Position numbers and translations under genes: made by a program. This document shows positions 13,202-25,997 of a stretch of DNA of 64,000 bases, in pieces. The first letter of the stretch is position 1. Each line of letters opens with the position of its first letter. The stretch covers positions 38,564,001-38,628,000 of the forward strand of contig NC_043002.1 in assembly GCF_006345805.1 (NCBI RefSeq), given 5' to 3'. The stretch is from Octopus sinensis. Lineage: Eukaryota. Under the pieces are notes generated by a model. The model was not told the origin of the DNA, ran no database searches, and was given only the letters and a program-made list of their open reading frames with translations.

Positions 13202-15147
13202 AATGTATATGTTCATGAAATTATATGCATGAATGTATATGAACTCCCATAATGAAGAATATCTATATACCTACTAACTGCATCCAGCAGAAACGGATAT
13301 TTACACGTTTGTGCTTTAGTTATTTCGTAATGTGGAATATGTCAGTTATATGCTTCACATTCTGGTTACATGAAGAACAAATGTGTTAAAACGAATCTTT
13401 CATTTTCGACGAATCGTTTGCGAGTATGATCATATATGACTCCTAACATCACAGCTTTCGTATTTTTAGGAGAAATATATATCTCAGAAAGGAAAGACAG
13501 ATTTAAATTACAACCCAATGAATCTGTTAATCGCACATCATAAAACAACAAATATGTCTATGAATGAGAATATGATATTAAGCATTTTAATGGCTTATTT
13601 TTCGCAAGTCAGAAATAAATTCGACGTTACTCAATGAATGCGTCAAGCAATCAGGTGTCGGTTCCGATTTGGTATCCTGAAATAGTTTTAGAGTTAATGT
13701 CTAAAACAGAACGTTGAACTCTACTTCTTTAGCTGTGTAATAACATTGAATACCGGGATGTTCAATAGCATGATGCCAAAGGAAAATGATAATTCATGAT
13801 CACAGCAAATTAGATTATTATAAGACACTGCTGAAAGTATTAAACCTTCTATTTGATATACATGCTAACATTGCCAATGAAAATAAATAAAAACTCATGC
13901 TATGAATTTTATTCGTAGACAACAATAAATAACTCTAAGCATCCTTTCTCCTCGGTTATCGTTTTATTAGTTGAATGCAGTATATCTGTCGATTTATTTA
14001 GAAAAATATTTCCTCTTCTTTGAATGTCTTGTGGTGACCTAAAGTAACTCCTGCCGTAAAATAGCGCCACTATGGGATTCATCATAATAGTTTTCAATAA
14101 ATAAATCCAATAATTATATGTTCCGGTAGTTTCTTTCCATAATCTCAATAGCACGATAACTGAAGTAAATGAAGTTATTTGCCCATCAGTTTATTTTAGT
14201 TAAGCACAAAAAGCTAAAAGAAAACAAACACTTAGCCAAATATATATACGGTTTCTACTTTATTTCATAAGTCGCAATAACCATCTAAGTTTTGTAAACA
14301 AGAAATTGTAAAAGTCAGTAGCCAGGACAGCCTCATGTTTTAACCAACGATGACACACAAGCCATTGAATCTTCAGCACACAATCGATTTGGTCAGCGCC
14401 GATTCCTTTAATAGTGTAATATCTCGGGAAGCTAAAACAATATTTTTTCTATGTGAATAAAAAAGTAAATATCTTTTTTTTTCTATGCTGATCTGAATAA
14501 ACAATAAAAAGCTTTTAATATACTAAACTATGTAAACAATCTGAGAAACATTTTATGTCATTTATTTCTTTTCTTTGTTGTTCTTACCTTCATTTTGTTT
14601 ATTTATTTACTCTCAGTCTCATATTTCCACTTTTATGTTACTCTTTCAAAGTGTTATTTTGAACATCTGTCTTCGTGAATTAATATGTTCGCTCCATGAT
14701 CACACACTACATAGTTGTCTCGGAAATTATATATTCTCTTTTCAGCAGTTTGCATGTTTTTATTGCTGATCATAAATTCTAAATATCAATGCAAAAGTAT
14801 TAATATTGATTACGTAAATAGTATGGGTCTTTCAGCTTTGGATAGACAACAAAAAGTGTTAGGCTTGAACGGTTGCCAATATAAATGAATATACACTGTA
14901 TTATAATTTCTCATGGTCAACACCCAGCTTCAATTATTTCACTTAATGTACTCGTGCAGATTTCTCTTGATATAGCTCTTATTCTGAGCGAAGCATTACG
15001 TCTGTCATATAATTTATCAATTTTTCTGTCTCAAAATTGTTTTTAAATCAGAGACAAACTATAACACTCCTTAAAATGAGAGTAAACACCTTATGGAAGT
15101 TTAGTCGTGTATAGTGTGAAGGATACTTTAAAATTTACTCATTATAT

Positions 15148-15645
15148 AGGTGCAGTCATAGATCGTGGTAAGAAGTTTGCCTCCCAACCACAAGATTCTG
15201 GTTCGCACCTAGCCAAATGTTTATCAAAGCCTTTTAAGCATAGATTTGCTCGTATATATATAATAAACAGACACACGTGCGCGCGCGCGCACACACACAT
15301 ACTTAATAATATATGTATATAGATGGATATATATATAGTTATATATATATATATAACTATATGCGGGGTGGGGTTCATAATATATATATATATATGCGTC
15401 TGTGTACATGTATGTATGTATGTATAGGTATAGCGATGTATGTCTTTTTTTTTGTTTGTCCCCCACCACTGCTAGACAACCGATGTTGGTTTCTTTACGT
15501 CCACCTTACCTTAGTGGTTCGTAAAGAAAACGATGTAATAAGCACCAGAATTAAGTAAAGAATCGATTCATTCGATTAAACCATTTCAAGGTGGTGCTAG
15601 AGTATGGGCGCAGTCCAATAACTGAAACAAGTATGAGATAAAAGA
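15148..15645 (+). mobile_element. SINE family 1-related, diverged copy
   Basis: Degenerate head (GATCGTGGTAAGAAGTTTGC...GGTTCGCACC), internal microsatellite, tail GGTGGTGCTAG...ACTGAAACAAGT. Confidence 0.75.
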
Positions 15646-17428
15646 CATTTGGTGACGTTTTACGTTTTTACATAACTTTTAGGGCGAGAAGCCTCCAGAA
15701 TTTATTTTTAATTTACTCAAAACGTGTTTCCATTCTATATTTTTCTCTGTAGTTACTAAATATAGGGTGTTATGTCCCTAACTATTATTTATTTTATTTT
15801 GTCACTTCATTTAGTAATATTTTGTGGCGTTTCAATAATTTCCGCCATTACTGCTATACCTCACCCGCTTTCACTTTCCTCTATTTTTCTGCGCGATCAA
15901 ACGAGAAATTTCCTGGATCTAGCTATCAAACTTGCTCTGTGACAACACTCTATTCAAAAGGGGACATTGGATAATGTAGTCATACAGACATTAAGTGTAA
16001 ACGAATAGAGATAGTCACGAATAGAGTCTTACTTCTAGTTTATACGCCAAATGGAATATTGCCTCAATATTATGCCACGAAGGCATAATTCGTAGATTTT
16101 TGGCAGAAAATGTTATGAGAACACATTTTGAAGTAATTTAAACTAAATAGCTTAATTCTAAAGATAACGAAAAAAAAACATTATTGCGTTTAAATTTTTT
16201 CCTTAAACGAGTTGGCAATCCAAAACAGATCTGTATTTGGGAAATAAGCGGAAACATATACCTTCAAAATTACTCAAAATGTTATTACTAAAATTAAATA
16301 TACAAGCAGATTTCCAAAAACTAATAAAGAAACATTCTTGCTACAATTAGTATTCGAAATTTCCACGAAAACATCTTCAGAAAAATGAACAGAACAGATT
16401 TTCCTTTAGATATATACGGAATGAATAACATCAATTGACAAGTAATTAAGAGAATTTGGGGCGCTCATTATTTCCATATCATGTGGAGCGAGCTTACATA
16501 AAGCAAAAACTACTAAAATGTATAATTATTTTCAGTTTGTGTTCCATACACATTATAGATGTCACATAATACCCGAAGTATGTTTAGCGTTCCTTACATA
16601 AAAGCGCAGGCTCGATATAAATAAATACTAGTTATGTTTTTAAATTGATTTAATTGACTGTATATAGAAAGAAGGTCAGAGCTTATTTGTATGTAGTGAA
16701 GTATCCCAATAATTGTTGAAAAAGACCTTGCAGAAAATGAAATACAAATCCAAATTTATTGCAAAATGAATAATGAAAATATAAAAATGCTTCAAGGCAA
16801 CAAATTCTTAATGCGTAGGTTTAGCTGAAGACACACAACACACCTACCTACAAACACAAACACTCACACAAACAGACACACAGGCACAGACGCACAAGTA
16901 CGCACACACGTACGCACTCACACACAAAGCTGTACAGAACAGATCGAAAAAGTTTACAATGGGAACAATAGTTGTGATAGACATCATTATAAACAGTAAG
17001 GGATCGATAAGATTAAGTACAAGCAAAATACAAGGGTTTATCTGATCGACTAAAACCTCCTTTAAAAATGCAGGCCATGTGCCAATATAAAAAAAAGGAA
17101 TTATATAGGAGCAGCTTTTTTTATTTATATATTTTCAACGATCGTTTCATCAAATATAACATTTTTCTTTTGACGTCTTTTCTCAATTAATTATTTTGCA
17201 TACAAAATCTGCTACAAATTAACAAAACAAAAATCGATTTTATATATTTGCAAAGTGTATAACGCTATACTTTATTGAACTGTAATTGAACTGTAAGCCC
17301 AGAATTCTTGCAATTTTTCACGACCTACAGAAATACACACTGAAAGTACGATTATAGCATTACAAACAATATATAGCACGCAATAATAAAAGCATTTGAG
17401 TTCTATATTTAAGAGATGAGGAATTATG

Positions 17429-17566
17429 CACATTATTTACATTCGACGGATATTTGTCCTCATCTTAACCACTACGCCATATACCCACGAGCATATGGTG
17501 TAGTGGTTAAGAGTGCGGGCTACTAACCCCAAGATTCCGAGTTCGATTCCAAGCAGTGACCTGAAC

Positions 17567-17597
<31 letters not shown>

Positions 17598-17740
17598 TCG
17601 AAAAATACCTCAGGAATGAGAACTTAGTTTCGAAATTTCCCCAAGACACCTGATGAAGGCTGGAGGGTATATCAGCCGAAACGTTGTGTTAACAACATAC
17701 AAGATGACGACAAATATCTGTCGAATGTAAATAATGTAAA
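17429..17740 (+). mobile_element. tRNA-headed SINE-like element carrying a hammerhead, preceded by an inverted, internally deleted copy
   Basis: A-box-like TGGTGTAGTGGTTAAG (about 17496), B-box GAGTTCGATTCC (17539-17550), (AAT)n, hammerhead 17645-17690, tail to 17740. Positions 17429-17482 are the reverse complement of tail plus head start. Confidence 0.8.
17645..17690 (+). ncRNA. Minimal type I hammerhead motif
   Basis: GACAC-CTGATGA-A-GGCTG/gagggtatat/CAGCC-GAAAC-GTT-GTGTT; predicted cleavage after 17685. Confidence 0.8.
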
Positions 17741-19094
17741 CAATAAAAGTATTTTCCCTCTTTATTTCCCCTATTCTTTTCACAGTTATATATTTACATT
17801 CAAAATAACTACACAATGATGATCATTTAACTTTAACCAAATACGATTTTCTACATATTTGGCACCCAGGCAATCTCTGTAACGCAGATTGTATTTATAT
17901 GTCACGGTCTTCTTCGACACAATAAAATATGTAACGACAGTTTCTTTCGGTGTTTAAAATATGTTAGGTTGTAAGACGTTCGTGCCTTTTCCTCCAAATT
18001 AACGGCTTGAATATGAGTGTATCTGAAATGAATAGCAAATCAAAATTAAAATGGGATTTTCAAGAACATTACCTCTTTTTCGTCGGTGCCTATCACTCTA
18101 AAAGTGCCAATATCACTTTCTTCTTGACAGTACAAATTCATTAAACACTGCATACAGAGGTGTCTGGAAGATGGCAAACAAATAGGCCCATATATCTACT
18201 AAGCATGCATTATTTCTACCATTGAATATAATGATCGATATTTTACAACAAACTAACGGGGATAATATACCAGTCATTAAGGGATTGTGCATGTAAATCT
18301 CTCTGTGTCAGTGATACCAACCTCAGGTATCCCTCAAATCACACTCAACCATTTTATGAAAACAATGACACATTAAACAAGATATTTCTATGCAGATGAT
18401 ACCACTTTCTTCATTCTTCTAAAATCTTTTGTCCAGGCATTATCCATACACAACCAAAACAGACCTTTCAACTCAAATCTCCACCTGCCTCAGTGAAGAG
18501 GCAGTTTGAAATTTGGAAATATTCGGAAATATTCTCTGTTGGATACATATCAATCTTGTGTCTTTCAGTAGCACAAATATGCAATAATTACACTAATCAA
18601 GGAAATAATCTTGTTTCCTTTCTTCCATGGCCTTAGACAACACGCAACTAAAACCGTCAATGTTAATAAAAGTGCTAGACCGCACAATTATTGATTAACT
18701 CTTTGGATGATCTCACATCCATAACCACGTAAATTGCATCGCATAAAGTAATTGTCCTCTTCAAAACTATAATGCAGCTCACTTCGCAAGAGTTACAGGT
18801 TCTTCACAAAACTCAAGTAATACCCACAATGATAACTGCTGCTATATCTTTGTAATAGTGTTTCTGGTGTTCCTGTTACTTACATGAATATTTTAGACTA
18901 TACCTAAGTGAAAGCTAGCAAGTATAGTGTCGTCGAACTCATCATCCCATCCAACTACCGCTGCTACGATGGCCGCCGATGCTTGGAGATAGCTGGCAGC
19001 ATATAATCTACACCAAAACGTACGCATGAACGCTCACACACATTCACAATGCACACACACACAAATGCACAACAAACAATAAAGCAAACACACA

Positions 19095-19528
19095 CTCTTT
19101 TACTTGTTTCAATCATGTGACTGTGGCCATGCTGGAGTACCGCCTCTAGTCGAGCAAATCGACCCCAGGATTTATTCTTTGTAAGCGTAATACTTATTCT
19201 ATCGGCCACTTTTGATGAAACGCTAGATTACGGGTACGTAAACACATCAGCATCGGTTGTCAAGCGATGTTGTGGGGACAAACACAGACACACAGACACA
19301 TGCACAAACGCATACACATACACACACACACGCACACACTTATATATATATATATACATCTAGACAACGGGCTTCTTTCAGTTTCCGTCTACCAAATCCA
19401 CTCACAAGGCTTTGGTCGGCCCGTGGCTATAATAGAATAAACTTGCCCAAGGTGCCACGCAGTGGGACTGAACCCGGAACCATGTTGTTGGTAAGCAAGC
19501 TACTTACCACACAACCACTCCTACGCCT
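19095..19528 (-). mobile_element. SINE family 1, full length
   Basis: Reverse complement of head, microsatellite and tail. Confidence 0.92.
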
Positions 19529-19571
19529 ATACACACATATATACCAGGCTCACTACTTTCTAATTCTCTGA

Positions 19572-19745
19572 AATTTTGTCTACCGCACCTTCCATCGTAC
19601 TCGCCCATGTTCTTCCGGCCGTTGTCAAGATGGGCATCGATGTCATGAAACTCGCCAGTCTTGGAAGATATGCAAAGGTTATAGGAATAAATGTGAAATC
19701 AAAGAAAACATATGCAATATGCCAAGAAATAATAAAAGAGACTGA
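19572..19745 (+). pseudogene. Cys-rich coding-like segment (possible degenerate exon of a secreted EGF/follistatin-like module)
   Basis: Stop-free frame NFVYRTFHRTRPCSSGRCQDGHRCHETRQSWKICKGYRNKCEIKENICNMPRNNKRD*. The motif RCxDGxRCxE recurs at 18959-18988 with mostly synonymous differences. There is no usable AG acceptor. Confidence 0.35.
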
Positions 19746-21210
19746 TGATCACAGTTAGAACATCTTTGATACAATGTATGACTAGTGCTAACCTGTGGCC
19801 AATCACCACTCTCTACAACACCACAATCACCTGCTATAGCACCAATATGACTTTCATCACCTTCACCACTGTCCCCATCTTCATCTCCACTATCCACAAT
19901 AAACATAGTAAAACAATAAGTAAAAAACAACAATATGAAGAGCTGAATGTGATGCCCATGTCACATTGAAGTGCTGCCTCCAATTTTGTTTTCGCATCTA
20001 ATATAAACTCAATAAAGATGATTTAAATGACATAAGAGCAATTTCTTTTATTGGCTACCTCTTGTTTTCGGTATATTTGTTCTGAGCCGATTGCAGCTGA
20101 TCAGAACAAAAAAGTCCATTCGAAGGAACCTCTACGTCATCCCTCGACATGGTAAATATAGTAACCAAAACCTGTCGGTTTAAAACAAAAGCAAGAATAT
20201 ACTATATAATTTAAGCCTTTAATCATCTAGTACGACCTGATGCCCTTCAATGAAATGTTTTGCACCATAATTCAAGTAGGTAAGAAGAGGAAGAAGGAGG
20301 AGGGGAGGAGAATAAGAAGAAGGAGGAGGAGGAGGAGAAGAAGAAAAAGAAGAAGAAGAAGAAGATCGACATTTGAAGGGTGTTTGTAACTCTAGAACAC
20401 AAGGGAATAGATATATAGCAATTTGTTTTGTTTATTTCAGTTGTAGGATTAAGAGAGTTGCATAATAATTTAAATATTTGCATAAAAGTTCCTTGCAGAA
20501 ATGGAAAAAAAAAAACAGTAATCGATGATAGCAAGCAAGTGTGCGATAAAAAATAAATTAAGACGGAATTTATAATTATCTTTCTGATAAATTAAGTTCT
20601 AATACTAGTTCTCAAATTTCGGTATGTTTTCCAATAATTGACAAAAAATTTGAACAAGATTAGCACATAATTTCCCAATAATTTTTAAAAAAATGGAAAT
20701 GCAGTGACCGGATAGATATAAAATGACTTACTTGTGCATGTATATTGCATGCATATATATCAGAGATTAAGTTCAATTTTATTTGACTACGTCAGTAAAG
20801 AGCTCTTCTCAGAAGTTTTCTTTTTTCTGATAACTTGATGTCAATGAAATATTGGAAAATATTAGATAAACGATGTACTCAGGCACCGGAGATGTAATTA
20901 TATATGTCTCAGAAAGTTTAAGTAATTGATAATTACAATGTTGTTATCGTATGTATGAATCGATATGTCTGATAGTTATATAGGAAATTAGCCTAGTGAT
21001 TTAACTGTGACAAGGGAATGAAGCAGGGGGAGAAAAGAATGGTGACAAGAAGAATAAGTAGACCATTCTTTGTTTCTTGGGAAGGTCATAATAAAAGTAA
21101 TAATACACGCATTGGTTTAATTTCACTTTTTTATTGTTCCTCAAGTGATTAACTATTTAACCAACTAAGTAATCGATTGTTTGATTAATCAACCGGTTAA
21201 ATAGCCAATA

Positions 21211-21800
21211 GCTTGTGTTTGCCAAAGTTTTCATCATCATACACTACCACTTCAGTGACATGCTTTATTCATTCCAGGCCAGCTTCAAGTAATTCAAAGA
21301 ATATACCTAGAGATGTAACCAACATTTGATCTTCTTTGCTAGCACATAAAAAAACTAATCATGCAAAAACATCAATGCAACAAAGATCAACATCAAACTT
21401 CTTCAGAGGAGTCAAGAAAAAGCAATTCAAGAGGGTGGCAAAGGAATAGTGCTTATGTGTGGATGATGATGACCGACCAGAAGTGCTCGCGTTCTCAATC
21501 CATATCCGTATAATGAAGTGAAACCTGAACCGTTTGGTCTGGTGTGACATAATAAAGAAAAGGTCCTTGTGGAATGCAATATAGAGTGAGTGCATGAAAT
21601 GAATTGTTTAAAATATGAGGAACTCAGGAAGTATGGTAAGGCAAAATGAAGGCAACGCACAATATTTCCAGTGGAGGTGGTATGTTGCTCGTTTATAGAT
21701 CTAAGATACCCTACTTGCTTTGCATTGGACAGAGCAGGAATAGCAGAACGATGGTTTGTGAACTGCATACATGGAAGTGGCAGATGTGAAAGAAAGACGA
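21211..21800 (+). mobile_element. Degenerate 3' fragment of a Hero-like non-LTR retrotransposon (restriction-like endonuclease domain)
   Basis: Manual translation across stops and frameshifts gives EYT*RCNQHL (21299-21328), LAFSIHI, KPE..LVW, NIE*VHEMNCLKYEEL and IFPVEV (about 21662-21679). These match, in order, the Hero/R2-group motifs YxWRHNQVL, FPxHI, RPDxVLW, WEENxExAHERKxxKYxxL and PVEVGCRGF. Confidence 0.6.
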
Positions 21801-23064
21801 AAACTGATAATGAAAAAGAAATCCTAAGCAAGTATTAAAATGAAAATTTTGGGGGTAATAATATTATAATTCGTTATAAAGTGACACAAATTTAGATTTA
21901 ATATTTCCAATACTGGTGTCCTATACATGAACAGACAGCACAATAGATTGTGCAATACAGAAAATTAGAGTAGGGATTTAAATACTTATTAATATAGAGG
22001 AGAAAGACACTGGGGACAAGTAGAATAAGGAGAAAGAAGTGGAGAAGTAAAGGTAAGGTGAGGAATTTAATATGTTTAATATGTAAGATTTCGACAACAA
22101 TGGTAACACGGGGGAAAATATCAACAGACTGTAAGGGAGCATGCATCTCTACATCAAGTAGGCAGATCATTATTCCAGCTGCTCTAGAATATATCTAACC
22201 ACACTTTTGTCGTGGCAGCCGTGAGGTTTGCTATACTTGTCCCTAATTCACAAAAAATATGGTCGTAAAAGAAATCAAGGAATTCGGACAACAGTGGCAT
22301 CCAGCCAATCCATCTACTAATATCCTTGAGCCCTTAACACGCCAAAAGTCAAAACTCCAGATGTGAATGACGATCACGGTTTCATCGCTTTGCTCGTATT
22401 TTATACAGGTTTAGAACATGGTTCTTCCATGTCCTTAAAATCTATTTCAAACTGACAGGACAGAGATTTTGGAAATATTTCCATTGTAATTAGATCAGAA
22501 GTTTTCTGCATTAAATTACCTACATGGTCTTCTTTGACTCTAAGAGTCTCCCTGAAAACGTCATCGCTGAAATCTATCACTGATTTTCTATAGGAACACT
22601 AAAGTTACTACAATTATATTACATGACTGTATTGTGATTCTAGTTACCGCAGAAAGCGTAGTTCACACGGTAAGCACATACCATGACATGTAACCAATAG
22701 CATTCAAAGAGATCTGGTACGCGTACCAATCAATACATCCTAACACATACACCACACAAATCAACACCCTATAAAATGACACAACACGTATTCTTGCATA
22801 ATCAATACCCAACGCTATAACACTGGCAGTTCATGCAAATCACATGCTACATGATTTTCACTCAATAATATCTAGCAACAAACTATCACAATACGTTCAC
22901 CATACAATTACCGTACTGCCCGAAAACACAAAACACCAATCCTACTGCTAAAATGAAACTGCCAATACCCAACAAAACAACGGTTGATATTGTACATTGT
23001 CTGTACAACAGGCAGACCACTGAAATAACGTAATATATGACAAATTACGTCATATATAACAAAT

Positions 23065-23362
23065 GGCGCAGTGGTTAGGGCAGCGGACTCGCGGTCGTAA
23101 GATCGCGGGTTCGATTCCCAGACCGGGCATTGTGAGTGTTTATTGAGCGAAAACACCTAAAGCTCTATGAGGCTACGGCAGGGGGTGGTGACGATCTCTG
23201 CTGAACTCTTTCGCCACAACTTAATCTCACTCTTTCTTCTGTTGGCCTGCTCGCTTAGCCAGCGGGGTGGCGTCATTTGAGGGCTAAAACAGTGCGAAGC
23301 GCATTGTGACCAGCGATGTGTAGCAACATCTGATAGTCTGGTCGGTCACGGTCATCACGATG
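23065..23362 (+). mobile_element. SINE family 3 (tRNA-derived), tail type A, with 9-bp TSD
   Basis: Head GGCGCAGTGGTTAGGG...GGGTTCGATTCCC. ATAACAAAT flanks both sides (23056-23064 and 23363-23371). Confidence 0.85.
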
Positions 23363-23771
23363 ATAACAAATTACACCCAACAATAATTCTTTCTACTACA
23401 GACACAAAGCCTAAAATTGTGTGTGCGTGTATGTGTGTGTGTGTGGTGTGTGTGTGTGTGTGTGTGTTTTGGGGGAGAATAGCCGAGTCCATCAACTGGG
23501 GTTTATTTCATAGATCACAAATTCCTGAAAGACAAAGTCGACCTCAGGTCATTTTAAACTTAAACGCAAAGTCAGAAAAAATTCCGCTAAGTATTTGTAC
23601 AGTATGCTAACGATTCTGCCAATTCGCTACATTAGACCCCAACGATATTACAAAACAGCTGTTGTATTTAAAGAGAATTATGAGTTCCCAGAAGACAACG
23701 CTGCATATATATCAGAAATATGGACGGACAAATAGTGGTCTTGTAAAAACCCATGTTGATCAGTCAAATGC

Positions 23772-23808
<37 letters not shown>

Positions 23809-24337
23809 GGGGGAGGAGGAGGAGGAGGATATAAATGCTGTTACAAAACAACTTTTTTCTTAAAAATCATGATTACAGAATTATAGAGAGGGGGTTGTGA
23901 ATATAGTATAACTATAATTGTTTTCTGGCTATTCTTATTATCACTGTTAAACGTAATTATGAACATACCCCGTAGGAAACTTTATTCCAGAGCGCCCGTC
24001 ACCTGATAGACTTATGCGTTAAATAGATATAAAGGTAAATATTTATCTCACAGAACAGACAAACAAACAAACCCATTTGCTTGACCTTTATTAATTGAAG
24101 TTATCCAGCACTAACTTATCTTGTGAATTTATAGAAGGGGTAAGTGAAGTTGAATCATTCTTGTTTTTACCAACAGTAATTAGCAATACAAGAACGAGAG
24201 TTACAATCAAGTATTGAATTAGGCAATGCCATAAATTCTGTTAACCGGAAATTTTGCAGCTACTTACAGGTGCCCCCTGCCTCTTTTATCCTCACATCAA
24301 AGGCTTAGAAGTAGTTTGTGCTTATGCTCTCATATAC

Positions 24338-24407
<70 letters not shown>

Positions 24408-24437
24408 TCGATTACATAGCTTTAGGTTTTCTGATAT

Positions 24438-24495
<58 letters not shown>

Positions 24496-25548
24496 CACAC
24501 ACGCACATATATATTTCACCACAGATTCACCGCATGTTCTGCGTACTACACGCACGCACACGCACACACATACACACACACGCACACACACGCACACACA
24601 CACACGCACACACGCACACACATACACACACATACACACACACACATACACACATACAAACGCAACACAATTCTCTCAGTCTGCAAAATGCCAACTTATA
24701 TGAAAATTCTCAATCACAAGGAGGAAATGTTTCTTGAATTCCCTTAATAAGAATGTACACGCTACGAATGCACTGAGTTCGTATTCTTCAGTAGGTTAGC
24801 CATTCTTATCATTATATGTTTTCGTAATACAGATTTCCAGCTTAACCACTTTCTCGTGGAAAACATATGCCTGTAACAGGTGTGATACCATTTCTACTAG
24901 GGACATTCCACCATCCACTTAACCCTAATTAGGTTTTGCAGTTTTTGTCACAAATGTAGCTCTTAATTTGATTAAGAATCACACCAACTGTAGATCAGCC
25001 CTAGTGCAGTTGTCCAAAATTGATTTTGTGCTCCAAATTATTTTGATTTGGAGATTAATAAAGCCAGATGGTTTTGACGGGGCCGTTGTAGTTATATTCA
25101 TAGAAACATCCACTGTTGATACTTAGATATATAACGTGTCTTGGATGACAACTACGGCTGAAGTACAAGTTCCTTGTACTTTAACATTGAAGTTACAGGA
25201 GTTTATGCTTAGCTATTTAATGGACAATCTGAACTTTCTCAAACTGCTTGCTACTTTACCAAGTTACCACTTACTTTTGTAGACTACCACTTACTTTTTC
25301 CCAGTGCGAGAAATTTCTAATGAACAGGGTTGAAGCTCAAAGACATAAGGTTTAACTAACTCCAATGCAGCACAGTCCGACGATGGCTTATCTGGCCGAA
25401 CCTCCGAAGTGTCACTACCAACAATATTATTGTTTAAGAATACTAAATTTGTACTTTACATTAATGTACAATAGTTTTGATTATAATAGAATATAAAAGC
25501 AAACATTGATACACACACATATATATATATATATATATACATATATAC

Positions 25549-25688
25549 GTCAGGCTTCTTTCAGTTTCCGTCTACCAGATCCACTCCCAAGGCATTGGTC
25601 GGCCCGGAGCTATAGCAGAAGACACTTGCCCTAGATGCCACGCAGTGGGACTGAACCCGGAACCATGTGGTTGGTAAGCAAGCTACTT
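25549..25688 (-). mobile_element. SINE family 1, body portion, interrupted by the 25689-27800 insertion
   Basis: The SINE sequence stops at ...TGGTAAGCAAGCTACTT and resumes at 27801. Confidence 0.9.
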
Positions 25689-25857
25689 TATTTCAAAACA
25701 TTTGCCATAAAGGCAGTACACAGATTAAGTTAGCTTTGCGGGTTGGACGAGGACATTAATGAAGTGAATGATAATGAAAGACAGATGATAAGGATGGGAG
25801 AAGACAAAAAGCGCCTGCCGACTTTCGCTTCTCTAAAACATTGTTCTTTTTAAAGAT

Positions 25858-25997
25858 AAACACAAAACGAGGTATTAAACCTCTTGCAATTTTTCCAATT
25901 TTTGGACTTAGCAGTCCATTATTAATAAAAATACAAAACGAGGTATTAAACCTCTTTCAATTTTTCAATTTTTGGACTTGGCAGTCCATTATTAATA
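25858..25997 (-). repeat. Two tandem copies of a roughly 70-bp unit in the 3' UTR of the ORF1-only element
   Basis: ACAAAACGAGGTATTAAACCTCTT...TGGACTTRGCAGTCCATTATTAATA starts at 25862 and again at 25933. Confidence 0.9.

Noticed and set aside
13909-14160. Minus-strand 81-aa ORF with an MNPIV motif (GPCR TM7-like)
   Set aside because: It lacks the NPxxY tyrosine and any upstream TM segments, so resemblance by chance is likely.
22401-22587. Minus-strand candidate exon KSVIDFSDDVFRETLRVKEDH...
   Set aside because: Plausible acceptor and an open frame, but no recognisable domain or compatible neighbouring exons.
23065-23130. tRNA-like sequences at 23065, 17495 and 31075-31143
   Set aside because: They are SINE heads: no intact acceptor stem, and they run directly into repeat bodies.
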